NCBI GenBank assembly: GCA_016927935.1
Contig: JAFGLS010000239.1
Coordinates: forward strand, 4,390-68,389
Source: Syntrophaceae bacterium
GTDB lineage: Bacteria; Desulfobacterota; Syntrophia; Syntrophales; Smithellaceae
Length of the DNA: 64,000 nt
Reading direction: 5' to 3'
Part shown: positions 49,591 to 59,981 of the stretch, one piece after another
How the letters are laid out: every line of letters starts with the position of its first letter
Numbering within the stretch: the first letter of the stretch is position 1
Made by a program: the position numbers and the translations under genes
The notes under the pieces: generated by a model
What the model was told of the DNA's origin: nothing
What the model saw: the letters and a program-made list of their open reading frames with translations, nothing else
Databases searched by the model: none

Positions 49591-50469
49591 ATGGAATTTT
49601 TTCTGCAATTATTGGTTAACGGTGTTTGTGTGGGGGTGCTCTACGGCATTTCCGCGATGGGTTTTGTCATGATTTTTAAATCATCAAGCGTTTTAAATTT
49701 TGCTCACGGGGAACTTCTGGCGTTGGGGGCATTCTTTTTCCTTTCGCTGGTGACTTGGGCGCAACTGCCGGTTTATGTCGCTTTTGTTCTGACCATGATC
49801 GGCTGTTTTATTCTTGGTTTTCTCATCGAGAGATTTTTCCTGCGTCCGTTAATCGGTGAAAAACTTATCTTTGTCATCATGCTTACAGTGGGATTAGCGG
49901 CAATGTTCAAAGGAATGATTCTGCTGATCTGGGGCGGGAATCTGCATACCTATCCGGAATTCCTGCCGCAGACAATGGGAATACAATTCGGTCCCATCTA
50001 TGTGGCGCCCGTCTATTCGGCCACGTTGATTATCAGTGTTATTTTTCTTGTGCTTTTTGGGTTGTTTTTCAAAAAATCCGCGCAGGGCATTTATATGCGC
50101 TCCGTTGCCGATAATCAAAAAGCAGCTCTTTCTCTGGGAGTTCATGTACGGCGCGTGTTTGCTCTTTCCTGGGCTATTGCCGCGCTTGTTGCCTGCATGA
50201 GCGGTATTGTTCTGGGAATTATTAATGGAGTCAATGTTCATGATTTGAGCTCTATCGGGCTGAAGGTGTTTCCGGTAGTTATTTTAGGAGGTCTGGACAG
50301 CGTCGGCGGCGCGATTATCGGCGGGATTATCATTGGACTTCTGGAGACATTCACAGGAGGTTATCTGTCACCGTCATTACGGGATGTTGTACCCTATATT
50401 GTTTTAGTATTTATTTTAATGGTCAAGCCTTATGGTTTATTCGGCCTGGTGGAAATTGAAAGGGTTTAG
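49591..50469 (+). CDS. ABC transporter permease (LivH-like)
   Basis: LNFAHG, VILGG.DS, KPYGLFG motifs. Confidence 0.93.
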   Translation: MEFFLQLLVNGVCVGVLYGISAMGFVMIFKSSSVLNFAHGELLALGAFFFLSLVTWAQLPVYVAFVLTMIGCFILGFLIERFFLRPLIGEKLIFVIMLTVGLAAMFKGMILLIWGGNLHTYPEFLPQTMGIQFGPIYVAPVYSATLIISVIFLVLFGLFFKKSAQGIYMRSVADNQKAALSLGVHVRRVFALSWAIAALVACMSGIVLGIINGVNVHDLSSIGLKVFPVVILGGLDSVGGAIIGGIIIGLLETFTGGYLSPSLRDVVPYIVLVFILMVKPYGLFGLVEIERV

Positions 50470-50479
50470 ATAAACAAAA

Positions 50480-51550
50480 ATGAGAAAATTTACTTTTCAC
50501 CCCTGCGGTAATTACCGGGAGAATTATGAGCAGGAATTAAATATTTTCGAGACTGATTTCGGCAGATTATCGCTTTGTGTTTTTCTGGCATTGCTTTTCC
50601 TTGTGACTCCATTTGTTTTCAGCTCTTACATGCTCTACATTGTCAATACAATAGGCATCGCGGCGATTGCCGCCATCGGCTTGAATATTCTTATCGGTTA
50701 CACAGGCCAGATTTCTTTGGGGCATGGAGCTTTCTTTGGTGTGGGCGCTTACGCAGCGGCCGTTCTTGCGACAAGACTTGATGTTGGTTTTTACATTGCC
50801 ATTCCTGCTGCCGGAATCATTACCGCGCTTGTCGGCATGATTTTCGGCATTCCATCGGGCAGATTAAAGGGACTATATCTGACAATCGCGACTCTGGCCG
50901 GACAATTTATTATTGAATACGTTTTAATTCAGTGGGAGAGCCTCACCAAAGGCACAATGGGTATTACTTTACCTTCACCGGAAATTTTTGGCTGGAAGAT
51001 ATCCGGAGATAAAGCTTTCTTCTTTCTGATTTTTATCAGCCTTGTCTGCATGACGTGGTTTGCGGTAAATATCATCCGCAGTAAGTACGGTCGGGCTTTT
51101 ATCGCTATTCGTGACAATGACCGTGCCGCTGAAGGGATGGGAATTCCGATTTTTAAATACAAACTATTGTCCTTTGGCATCAGTTCATTTTATGCCGGTT
51201 TTGCCGGAGCTCTCTGGGCTTATTACATGGTCAGCATCACGACGGAACCTTTCAATCTCGGACTTTCTGTTGAATATATTGCCATGGTTATTATAGGCGG
51301 AATGGGTAATATTCCGGGAGCTATTTTGGGGGCAACATTCATTACACTGCTCAACGAGTTGCTGAGATTTGTAACGGGCATATTAATGAATGTTCCCGCG
51401 ATTGCCGGCTGGGGATTGAATATGGCACCGCTGAGGGAATTTGTTTTTGGTCTGGCGATTGTTCTATTTATTTTGATTGAGCCGAAGGGACTTGCGGAAA
51501 TATGGCGAATTATCCGTTCGAGTTTCCGGCTTTGGCCGTTCTCGTATTAG
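50480..51550 (+). CDS. ABC transporter permease (LivM-like)
   Basis: GYTGQISLGH.AF, YL.IATL, AIRDN, EPKGL motifs. Confidence 0.93.
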   Translation: MRKFTFHPCGNYRENYEQELNIFETDFGRLSLCVFLALLFLVTPFVFSSYMLYIVNTIGIAAIAAIGLNILIGYTGQISLGHGAFFGVGAYAAAVLATRLDVGFYIAIPAAGIITALVGMIFGIPSGRLKGLYLTIATLAGQFIIEYVLIQWESLTKGTMGITLPSPEIFGWKISGDKAFFFLIFISLVCMTWFAVNIIRSKYGRAFIAIRDNDRAAEGMGIPIFKYKLLSFGISSFYAGFAGALWAYYMVSITTEPFNLGLSVEYIAMVIIGGMGNIPGAILGATFITLLNELLRFVTGILMNVPAIAGWGLNMAPLREFVFGLAIVLFILIEPKGLAEIWRIIRSSFRLWPFSY

Positions 51551-51658
51551 AAAATCTTGCTATTTGCTGAAAGCAAATGCTTAGATTTTCTTATCCCGCA
51601 AAGCGAAGCAACGCGGGGTTAGAAAATTAGAAGGTGTTTCAAGAAACTCATAAAAACA

Positions 51659-51751
51659 TGTCATTTCGAAGCGAAAGCGAGAAATCTTTATATTTTTTAA
51701 AATAAGATATCTCCCCAGTATAGCTGGACTATAGCCGTGGTCGATATGACA
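51659..51751. repeat. REP-like inverted pair
   Basis: TGTCATTTCGA..GAGAAATCT ... AGATATCTC..TCGATATGACA. Confidence 0.65.
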
Positions 51752-51773
51752 AAACTAGATATTAGGACAAGAA

Positions 51774-52574
51774 ATGGGTGACATACTCTTACATTTAAAT
51801 AATATATCTGTTGTTTATTCAGATGTTATACAAGTTCTTAAAGGTGTTTCTTTAAGTGTAGAGAAGGGTCATATCGTGTCTCTTTTAGGCAGTAACGGTG
51901 CCGGAAAAACAACCACGCTTAAAGCTATATCAGGATTACTCAAACCGGAAAACGGAAAAGTAATCGAGGGAACAATTATTTACAACGGCGTCAATATCCA
52001 GAATCAGGCGCCGGAATTTATTACTCGTCAAGGCATTATTCAGGTTCTGGAAGGCAGGCAGCCATTCAAATACCTTACTGTTGAAGAAAACCTTCGTGTG
52101 GGCACAGCTACAAGATTCGGCAAACCCTATAAACAAGATTTAGAGCTTGTATATAATTATTTTCCCGCGCTATTGAAAAGAAGAAAAGCTCTTGCAGGAT
52201 ATTGTAGCGGAGGTGAATTGCAGATGCTGGTTATAGGCCGTGCATTAATGGCGCATCCTCAACTTCTGTTGCTTGATGAACCTTCGCTTGGTCTGGCGCC
52301 GCTGGTTGTGCAGGAAATATTCCGCATCATCAGAAAGATTAATGAAGAACATGCAACGACGATTGTTCTAGTTGAGCAAAACGCTCGGATGGCGTTACAG
52401 GTTGCCCATTACGGCTATGTCATGGAAAACGGCAAAATAATGATGGAAGGCACGTCCAAAGAATTATCCGATAATCCGGACATCAAAGAATTTTATTTAG
52501 GTATGGCAGCATCGGGTGAGGTAAAGTCATACAAAGATGTGAAATCGTATCGACGCCGCAAGCGCTGGCTGTAA
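51774..52574 (+). CDS. ABC transporter ATP-binding protein (LivF-like)
   Basis: GSNGAGKTT, SGGELQML, DEPSLGLAP, EQNA motifs. Confidence 0.93.
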   Translation: MGDILLHLNNISVVYSDVIQVLKGVSLSVEKGHIVSLLGSNGAGKTTTLKAISGLLKPENGKVIEGTIIYNGVNIQNQAPEFITRQGIIQVLEGRQPFKYLTVEENLRVGTATRFGKPYKQDLELVYNYFPALLKRRKALAGYCSGGELQMLVIGRALMAHPQLLLLDEPSLGLAPLVVQEIFRIIRKINEEHATTIVLVEQNARMALQVAHYGYVMENGKIMMEGTSKELSDNPDIKEFYLGMAASGEVKSYKDVKSYRRRKRWL

Positions 52575-52650
52575 TGAGACCCAAGCTTCAGAAACAAAGT
52601 GCACTGAATCTTGCTGGTCGAATTATCCCCGAAGCGCAGCGAAGTGGGAT
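52572..52650. repeat. Third copy of the TAATGAGACCC hairpin repeat
   Basis: Near-identical to 35918-35977; starts at the stop codon of the LivF-like gene. Confidence 0.85.
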
Positions 52651-52704
52651 GAGTACCTTAAAAGAAACTTTGACTGCATTAATTATAGACATAAGTGAAT
52701 TGAA

Positions 52705-53169
52705 ATGGACCTTTTGAAAGAACTGAAAAAACTAATTCAGAAAATGGATAAGGCTGGAATAGATTACGCTTTATGCGGGGGATTGGCTATCGCCATTTAT
52801 GCCAAGCCCCGTGCGACTCTTGATATTGATATTATGGTGCAGCCGAATGATTTTCAAGAAACAAAAAAAGCAGTGAAAGAACTTGGCTATACGATGGCTT
52901 CTGCGATAATGGAATTTAATGATGGCACCGTCAAGCTTCAACGATTAAGCAAAGTCGATAAAGTGACCGGTGAATATTTTATTTTGGATTTACTTATTGT
53001 AACCCCTGAAATAAAAAAAGCTTGGGAGGATCGCGCCACAATAGAATGGGAAGGATGCCCTCTCAAGGTAGTATCTCCAGAAGGTCTGATTTTACTGAAA
53101 TCTCTACGCAACAGCGGTCAGGACAAGGACGATATTGAATATCTGAGGAGTCTGGAAAATGAAGATTGA
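52705..53169 (+). CDS. Nucleotidyltransferase-superfamily protein (AbiEii/MenT-like)
   Basis: YAL.GGLA...PRATLDIDI...LILLK....QD..DI motif. Confidence 0.8.
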   Translation: MDLLKELKKLIQKMDKAGIDYALCGGLAIAIYAKPRATLDIDIMVQPNDFQETKKAVKELGYTMASAIMEFNDGTVKLQRLSKVDKVTGEYFILDLLIVTPEIKKAWEDRATIEWEGCPLKVVSPEGLILLKSLRNSGQDKDDIEYLRSLENED

Positions 53170-53332
53170 TATGAGTCCGGAAGCCGTTGGACATCGTCTA
53201 AAAACTGTTAATGAATTGAGACGTGTGTGTCTTTCTCTGGCTAATTCCAGCGCAGGAAGGGAAGTAATAAAAAAAAATTCGAAAAACAAGACAGTTCAAA
53301 GAACATTGTCTGCTCTTGGTAGCAAAAAATAA
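53159..53332 (+). CDS. Small protein coupled to the nucleotidyltransferase (57 aa, not in ORF track)
   Basis: MKIDMSPEAVGHRLKTVNELRRVCLSLA...; GAGGAG RBS; 11-nt overlap with the upstream gene. Confidence 0.65.
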   Translation: MKIDMSPEAVGHRLKTVNELRRVCLSLANSSAGREVIKKNSKNKTVQRTLSALGSKK

Positions 53333-53346
53333 TTCAAAGGAAATGT

Positions 53347-54600
53347 ATGATTAACTTATTTGATAAAAAAGAATCGTGGGGGAAGAGAAAAAGAAAAAGC
53401 CAGCAGGATAAGGCGCTGGTGGAAATGGTGAAGCTTGGTTATGAGAAGTCAGCGCGAGTCAAGCAAATGCTTGATGATGCCGGTATCAATCCTGGAGAAA
53501 TTAAATCGAGGGAAGATTTGGAGTGTCTGCCGGTTACGTCGCGGGAAAAATTAGTGGATATGGAAATGCAACAGCCGCCTTATGCCGGTTTGGAAAATCC
53601 GGATGTTGTAATTGATAGAATTTTTACTTCTCCCGGTCCGGTTTATGAGCCGCATTTATCAGAAACTGATTATTTATGGGCGAGGGCTTTTTTTGCCGCG
53701 GGTATCGGTCCGAAAGATGTGGCGCTAAATGCTTTTTTATATCATCTAGTTGCTGCCGGACTTACTTTCCATAATGGCTTACGCAGGGTCGGTGCTACGG
53801 TTGTTCCTTCTGGAACTTCGTCATCACAGGTACAGGTTCAGTTAATCAAAGATTTGAAGGTTACCGCTTATGTCGGCACACCAAGCTTTTTGAAATCAAT
53901 AATTGATAAATCAAAAGAATTGGGGTTCGATTTTAAGAAAGATTTTCTGGTGAAGAAAGCCTGCTTTGCCGCCGAGCCGCTTTTGCCGGATTTGCGCCGT
54001 TCTTTTGAAAAGGATTACGGCATTGATACTTATCAGATGTACGGAGCGACGGAAGTTGGAGATGTCGCCTATGAATGCTCACAAAAAAAAGGATGGCATA
54101 TCTGCGAAGAAACGATAGTAGAAATCGTTGATCCGGCAACAGGGAAAAATGTTCCCGAAGGAGAAATGGGTGAAGTTGTGGTTACCAGACTTAACGATAT
54201 TTTCTTTTTACTGCGTTTTGGTACCGGAGATTTATCTCGTATAATTACGGAAACCTGTCCCTGTGGACGCACATCATACCGTTTGGCAGGAATTGCGGGC
54301 AGGGTAGGGGAAGCCATAAAAGTCCGCGGTTTATTTATTGCTCCCAGCCAGATCAAAATGTTTCAGGCAAAATTCAATAATCTTCCGCTTCAGGCCGTTG
54401 TCAGCCGCACCGGTCATGAAGATGTTTTGAAATTGCGAATTGAAAAAATATCGCCCGAAATTGGCAGTGCTTCCTGGGAAGAAAATTTCAAGAAAGTATT
54501 CCGTGAAATCTGCACAGTGGGAATAAATAACGTGGAATATCTTAATGCAGGTGAAATCAAACCTGAGGAGAAACTGATTGTTGATCAAAGGGGGTACTAG
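53347..54600 (+). CDS. Phenylacetate--CoA ligase family protein
   Basis: TSPGP, YVGTPS, YGATE, RFGTGDLS, CPCGRT motifs. Confidence 0.85.
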   Translation: MINLFDKKESWGKRKRKSQQDKALVEMVKLGYEKSARVKQMLDDAGINPGEIKSREDLECLPVTSREKLVDMEMQQPPYAGLENPDVVIDRIFTSPGPVYEPHLSETDYLWARAFFAAGIGPKDVALNAFLYHLVAAGLTFHNGLRRVGATVVPSGTSSSQVQVQLIKDLKVTAYVGTPSFLKSIIDKSKELGFDFKKDFLVKKACFAAEPLLPDLRRSFEKDYGIDTYQMYGATEVGDVAYECSQKKGWHICEETIVEIVDPATGKNVPEGEMGEVVVTRLNDIFFLLRFGTGDLSRIITETCPCGRTSYRLAGIAGRVGEAIKVRGLFIAPSQIKMFQAKFNNLPLQAVVSRTGHEDVLKLRIEKISPEIGSASWEENFKKVFREICTVGINNVEYLNAGEIKPEEKLIVDQRGY

Positions 54601-54943
54601 ATTTTGCCATTTCTACTTTTCCCAGAATATACGCGTCAATGATAGAGATAATCCAAAGAGAAATTATAAGAAATAAAAGCAAAAAGAGATAATAAAAATC
54701 CAGAGCTTTTACGGATTCAATTGCCAGTTGAACAATAGAGCTGAAAGTAACAGTCCCCTTTTTGAACGGCGAAACTTTTAAAATTGCTATTGTAGTTTGA
54801 ATTACAGACCATAGAATAGATAAAATCCCGGCCATCGTGGCTGTGATTATACACAATCCTCTTGTATATTTTTTCAGAAAAATCTCTCCCCATCCGGGGA
54901 ACAGAAGAGCGTTAAATAAAGCCCCCTTGACAGCTATATTCAT
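54557..54943 (-). CDS. Hypothetical membrane protein
   Basis: ALLFPGWG...RG ... W..SIIDAY pattern. Confidence 0.75.
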   Translation of the reverse strand: MNIAVKGALFNALLFPGWGEIFLKKYTRGLCIITATMAGILSILWSVIQTTIAILKVSPFKKGTVTFSSIVQLAIESVKALDFYYLFLLLFLIISLWIISIIDAYILGKVEMAKSSTPFDQQSVSPQV

Positions 54944-54970
54944 ATGTTTATCGTATCCTCCGTTGCTTTT

Positions 54971-56710
54971 TTAAGAAATAATATTTACGTCTTTAATTTT
55001 TAACTGAATTTCGTCCGAACCGTTCCAGTTGTTGATCTGCGGTGTGAAGACCAAATCGAGATTTGCGCCGTTGAGAAAAGACTGATACTTGCCCATATTG
55101 AACCATATGGAATCAAGAGACGTGCCATTGCCTTTGACATACATTTTAAGGTGATTATTGCCTACTATAATCGGAGAGGAGGCTTTAACATTGCGGGCCA
55201 GAAGTAATGGTTCCGGATTCTTGCTGCCAAAGGGAGCGAGAATTTCCATTTGTGCAAGCAGATTTTTGCTTATATCTTCTATAGGACATTCCGTATCAAT
55301 TGTTATTTGAGAAGAAATCTCGGAAAGATCAGAAATGTTGCCTATTATTTTGTCCAGGAGAGTAGTAAATTTACCAATGTTTTCTTCTTTGATGGAAATG
55401 CCGGCGGCATGAAAATGTCCGCCAAAAGAAAGCAAAAGATGCTCACATTGCTGAATTCCCTTGTAAATGTTGAAACCCGAAACACTGCGTCCTGAACCTT
55501 TTCCTACACCGTTTTGCAGGCTGATGATAAAAGTAGGACGGTTGAAAAGTTCGACAAGCCGCGAAGCGACAATACCAATTATTCCCGGATGCCATTTATC
55601 GGAAGCGTAGACCAGAGAGTTCATTTTTTCGATGGAAGTATCACTCCCTATGGTTTCCAGTATGTCACTGAGGATTTTCTTTTCCATTGATTGCCTTTGA
55701 CGATTGTAGGAATCAAGTTTTTCGGCAAGTACCCTTGCTTCTGCCGGATCATTCGAAAGCAGTAATTTAACCGCTTCATAAGGAGAGCCAACTCGTCCTG
55801 CGGCGTTTATACGGGGTATAAGTGAAAAAGACGCTTTAGAAGAATCAATGTTTTGATTATCAACTCCGCTTACTTCTTTCAGCGCTTTAATTCCGGGACG
55901 TTGACCTTCGGTGATTAGTTCCAGCCCTATTTTTGTGAAAATTCTGTTTTCGTCAGTAAGAGGAACGATATCACCAATGGTTCCCAAAGCTACTATATCC
56001 AGATATTCTTTTAAGTTAGGGTGATTATTATTTTTCCAAAAACCTTCTTTATTAAGAGACCCGCGCAATGCGATAAGAAAGTTAAAGGCTATGCCTACGC
56101 CGGCAAGACCTTTAAAGGGGAAATCACAATCTTCACGATAGGGATTTATTGAGGCTAAGGAGTTAGGCAACGCGCTGGACACTTCATGATGATCAAGGAC
56201 AATAGTATCAATTCCGATTGATTGAGCGTATGCTATTTCATTCAGATCAGAAATTCCGCAGTCAACCGTTATAATCAGGCTGATATTTTCTTTTTTGAAT
56301 TTATCAATGGCCGGAATCTTCAAGCCATATCCTTCCTGAACCCTGTCGGGAATGTAATAATCAATAAGAGGGGTTATTTCTTTTATGAATTTGAACAGGA
56401 TGACAACTGAAGTTATTCCGTCGGCGTCATAATCACCATAAATGATAATTTTTTCTTTATTGTGAACCGCCTTTAATAGACGGGCTACAGCCTTTCTTAT
56501 GTCTTTCATCAGAAAAGGGCTGTGTAAATCGTTTAAGGAAGGATAGAGATATCGGCGCGCTTCTTCAATATTGAGAATGCCTCTCTTAACAAGAATTTGC
56601 GAAATAACCGGATGAATGCCAAATTCTTTGCTTAAAGATTCTTCAGTTTTTTTGTCGCCAGATGCCTCAATTTTCCATTTTGATACAGGTAATTGTTTCT
56701 TTTCTATCAT
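54971..56710 (-). CDS. recJ: Single-stranded-DNA-specific exonuclease
   Basis: YGDYDADG, TVDCG, DHH, PRINAAGR, GSGRS, GGH motifs. Confidence 0.96.
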   Translation of the reverse strand: MIEKKQLPVSKWKIEASGDKKTEESLSKEFGIHPVISQILVKRGILNIEEARRYLYPSLNDLHSPFLMKDIRKAVARLLKAVHNKEKIIIYGDYDADGITSVVILFKFIKEITPLIDYYIPDRVQEGYGLKIPAIDKFKKENISLIITVDCGISDLNEIAYAQSIGIDTIVLDHHEVSSALPNSLASINPYREDCDFPFKGLAGVGIAFNFLIALRGSLNKEGFWKNNNHPNLKEYLDIVALGTIGDIVPLTDENRIFTKIGLELITEGQRPGIKALKEVSGVDNQNIDSSKASFSLIPRINAAGRVGSPYEAVKLLLSNDPAEARVLAEKLDSYNRQRQSMEKKILSDILETIGSDTSIEKMNSLVYASDKWHPGIIGIVASRLVELFNRPTFIISLQNGVGKGSGRSVSGFNIYKGIQQCEHLLLSFGGHFHAAGISIKEENIGKFTTLLDKIIGNISDLSEISSQITIDTECPIEDISKNLLAQMEILAPFGSKNPEPLLLARNVKASSPIIVGNNHLKMYVKGNGTSLDSIWFNMGKYQSFLNGANLDLVFTPQINNWNGSDEIQLKIKDVNIIS

Positions 56711-56775
56711 TTTAATACTTTCGTATATTAATCATTCTTCATAATATCAATGCCATTGTTAGTGTTAAGTATTCG

Positions 56776-58695
56776 CTATTTTTTTTCAAAAATTAAGTTT
56801 TTTATCGATGTTTCGTGCTTCTGGAGTTCCAGGGCATATTTTTTAAAATTATCAAGTTTATCCAAATATATCGTCTGATCCTCATTTTTTGATTCCAGGC
56901 TAATCTGAAATGTTGATTTCTTAAAGCTGTATTTTTCTTTTCTTAAGCGGAAAGATTTTTCAAAAATATAGTCTTTAGGCAATCTTTTTATTTTAAAACC
57001 CGCGGGGAATTTATAGGAACTGTTTTCAATGGCATATACTGATTGTGCAATGCTTATGGGGTATTTTCTGTCAGACGCGGCTGTTATGTCCCTGTAAGAA
57101 TCTAAAGGAAGAATGTTCGACAGGACCATTGTTTCTTCATCCAATACTTGCGCCAGGTTTTTGACGGTACCGGAAAGTTTAATTGTAAAAGGAGACCTTG
57201 TTTCAGTAAAACTGCCCAAATGAAGATCCTTGACCTCAATACCCCTATTTTCAAAAATTTTTTTTCTCTGCTCCGGCGGAGCGTATTTGAAAGTATATCT
57301 GATAGATTCAGCGGCTTTTCCGAAGAATTCATAAGTATAATCGATATCAGCGTTTCCTTCACTGTTGATGTTATATTTTATATCTGACCGGTAATAATCT
57401 TTTTTATTATTTAGCGCCGGAGTTGTAACAAAGCGGTACGAACCATCTTCATTCATCAGAAAAACTTTAGTGGGAAGCGTAAAAGGCGGCGAATCATACG
57501 AAGCAACCTCGTTTGTTGCATCCAGCCAAAAAAACTTGTCCTTGTCTTTGAGAGGAACAGCGGCAATGATATGATTAAAATTGTTTAATGAAGGAATGGA
57601 GTCATCAAAATATTTACCATTGGCAGGGACAAGAACCGGCATTGCTTTAATGCCGGCGATTCTGAGCATAGTAAGAAGAAGAACAGTTTTATCTTTGCAG
57701 TCGCCGTAACGCTTTTCGAATATCTCAAAAGCTACATGAGGCTTGTGGGTGTAAGGTCCCAACAGAACCGCTATATATCTGATATTTTGAGATACAAAAT
57801 TAAAAATGGCGTTTATTTTATCTTCTTCGGTTTTCTTGTCTGCAATAAGCTTTTTTGTGAAACTTAATAGTTCATCGTTTGCTTTAATTTGTTCTTTGAT
57901 AAGATTTATATACCATTTGGAAATCAAATCCCATCTGTTAAGTGTCCAAAAAGATATTTGAGAAAAAGTATTGCGGTCAAGCAGAGAAGGCATGCGTGAT
58001 TCAGGAATTATTTCCTTTTCCTTGGAATTTATGAAAATGTACTTTTTCTTGTTACCCAATGAGGTAATTTGAGGGGTAATATTAGTTTTAAATTTTTTAT
58101 ATTTTAACTCAGTATTTGCAGGCAGAATTATTTCCAGAATGTCTTCTTCTATGGGGAAAAGATTTTGACAGAAAAAGATATCCGCATAGTCCATGGATAA
58201 AACAGGTTTTAAATTTTCTATTTCATAGGCAATTTCAATAATACAGCCATCCTCTACCGCGGGCATGGTAAATCTCTTGACTTTTATATCGGTATAGAAA
58301 TCATAACCGGCGTATTCCGATGAATCATAAATGTCATTACTCTTGAGCGCTATGATTTTCCCGTCAGGTTTGATAGTATTGGCAAAAAGAATTTTTACTT
58401 TTTGATATCCCTCTCTATAAGAAATTGATTTTGAGGCGAAATTTCGGCCGCGTTCATTGAATATCTTGATACGGTCTAAATTTCTGATTATACTGGTACC
58501 GTCTTCATAAAGTTCTACATAGCTATAAGAATACAACAGGTCTGCCCCGGCGTTGGGATGTTCTTCAGCTTTTGGAGTTTTATTTAAGAATAAATTTACA
58601 TCACCCTCAGATATACTTCTGATATTGGGATTGACAGCGGAACAGGATAAAACCAGCAATGACAATAAAATTAAGACGGTTCTGACAATTCGCAT
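56776..58695 (-). CDS. DUF3857/transglutaminase-domain lipoprotein
   Basis: Lipobox-like LSC; RYGDCKDK, FNHII, WLDAT catalytic triad. Confidence 0.88.
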   Translation of the reverse strand: MRIVRTVLILLSLLVLSCSAVNPNIRSISEGDVNLFLNKTPKAEEHPNAGADLLYSYSYVELYEDGTSIIRNLDRIKIFNERGRNFASKSISYREGYQKVKILFANTIKPDGKIIALKSNDIYDSSEYAGYDFYTDIKVKRFTMPAVEDGCIIEIAYEIENLKPVLSMDYADIFFCQNLFPIEEDILEIILPANTELKYKKFKTNITPQITSLGNKKKYIFINSKEKEIIPESRMPSLLDRNTFSQISFWTLNRWDLISKWYINLIKEQIKANDELLSFTKKLIADKKTEEDKINAIFNFVSQNIRYIAVLLGPYTHKPHVAFEIFEKRYGDCKDKTVLLLTMLRIAGIKAMPVLVPANGKYFDDSIPSLNNFNHIIAAVPLKDKDKFFWLDATNEVASYDSPPFTLPTKVFLMNEDGSYRFVTTPALNNKKDYYRSDIKYNINSEGNADIDYTYEFFGKAAESIRYTFKYAPPEQRKKIFENRGIEVKDLHLGSFTETRSPFTIKLSGTVKNLAQVLDEETMVLSNILPLDSYRDITAASDRKYPISIAQSVYAIENSSYKFPAGFKIKRLPKDYIFEKSFRLRKEKYSFKKSTFQISLESKNEDQTIYLDKLDNFKKYALELQKHETSIKNLIFEKK

Positions 58696-58759
58696 AAATT
58701 ATCCTTGCTTTTTTTTTAATCATACAGTCTTTATCTTATTGCGTCAAATTATAAAAAAG

Positions 58760-58978
58760 ATGATAAAAAAATATTTTCAAATAGACCGAAAATATATAGC
58801 AATTGTTCAATTTATAATTGAAGGTTATGAGGGCATGGCCACTGTTTCTACAATAGATTCCAGAAAAGCAGCGATAAAAATCTCAGTAATGTCCGATTAT
58901 ATTTCGGATATTTGCGGATTGCTGGAATATTTGAAAGATAAATACTCAATGAAGGAAATATTTGATTATTCAGAATAA
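58760..58978 (+). CDS. DUF4911 family protein
   Basis: IDRK.I...FIIEGYEGMATVSTID; start moved to ATG 58760. Confidence 0.8.
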   Translation: MIKKYFQIDRKYIAIVQFIIEGYEGMATVSTIDSRKAAIKISVMSDYISDICGLLEYLKDKYSMKEIFDYSE

Positions 58979-58996
58979 TAAACGGTAATATTAGCA

Positions 58997-59791
58997 ATGT
59001 TCATGCTGACCCACACATATTTTTTACAGAAGGTTTTAGAATCGGTTGGTTTAAAGGACATAGAACCTGATATTTACGTATATAATATTGCCCCTGATTT
59101 ATTGGCTATCCATCCCTTGATAACACCGGCTCAAACACATAACCTGCAAAGATCTTTTAAAATACCCGATCAATACCCGAAATCAACTTATGTAATATAT
59201 CATCTTTTCATTGATGACCTTTCGCATTTTGGATACATTTCTTCCAATTTTCAGGAAAAAATTTACCTAAATTCTCAAGGTTATTCCTACAAAAAAGGCA
59301 ATCAGCTGGTACAGTCCATTCTGGATTTATACAGAACGATAGAAAAAGAGATTTCATTCAGAGATGCGGTTTATCAATCGCATTTGATTATTGAAATGAC
59401 TTATGACCTGGTTATTTCAAATCAAATAAATTCATTTAAAACCATAGATGTGCTCGTGGAGGCGATAAAGTATACGGCAAAAAATAAAATGAATGAGTTT
59501 TTGAAAACGATTAATTGGTTATATGGATTGGAAGACAAGAAAATTAACGAAGTAATGAAAAAAGCTTTATTCTTGATAACAAAAGAATCTATGGAAGGAT
59601 TAATGAATATGGAAGGACGAATCAATCTTTATATAGATAAATTTGGCTTTAAGAGTAATGAACGATTATTCTATGTTGGCTTAAAGGATTTGTTTCAACG
59701 GGCGATGGATTTAATTGACGATGACGAACTGTTTTTTATAGAAACTACAAAGGTTATGAAAAATTACAAAATATTTCCCTTCATCAAATAG
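58997..59791 (+). CDS. Hypothetical protein, possibly zinc-dependent phospholipase C-like fold
   Basis: TH near the N-terminus, APD, HLFIDD..H, H..IE motifs. Confidence 0.6.
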   Translation: MFMLTHTYFLQKVLESVGLKDIEPDIYVYNIAPDLLAIHPLITPAQTHNLQRSFKIPDQYPKSTYVIYHLFIDDLSHFGYISSNFQEKIYLNSQGYSYKKGNQLVQSILDLYRTIEKEISFRDAVYQSHLIIEMTYDLVISNQINSFKTIDVLVEAIKYTAKNKMNEFLKTINWLYGLEDKKINEVMKKALFLITKESMEGLMNMEGRINLYIDKFGFKSNERLFYVGLKDLFQRAMDLIDDDELFFIETTKVMKNYKIFPFIK

Positions 59792-59981
59792 CTTTCTTCA
59801 CAAATCCGGAACGAATACAGCGGGTGCAAACCTTTAATCTCTTCACGGATCCGGTTTTCTCGTCAATGCAGCGTATATTTTGCAGGTTGGGATACCATAC
59901 CGCTTTTTTCTTATTATTAGCGTGGCTGACTTTATTACCTATTGCGGGTTTTTTGCCGCATACTTCACAGATGCGAGACAT
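59784..59981 (-). CDS. rpmB: 50S ribosomal protein L28
   Basis: [10 protein letters not shown]....GN.VSHANNK....PNLQ. Confidence 0.97.
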   Translation of the reverse strand: MSRICEVCGKKPAIGNKVSHANNKKKAVWYPNLQNIRCIDEKTGSVKRLKVCTRCIRSGFVKKAI

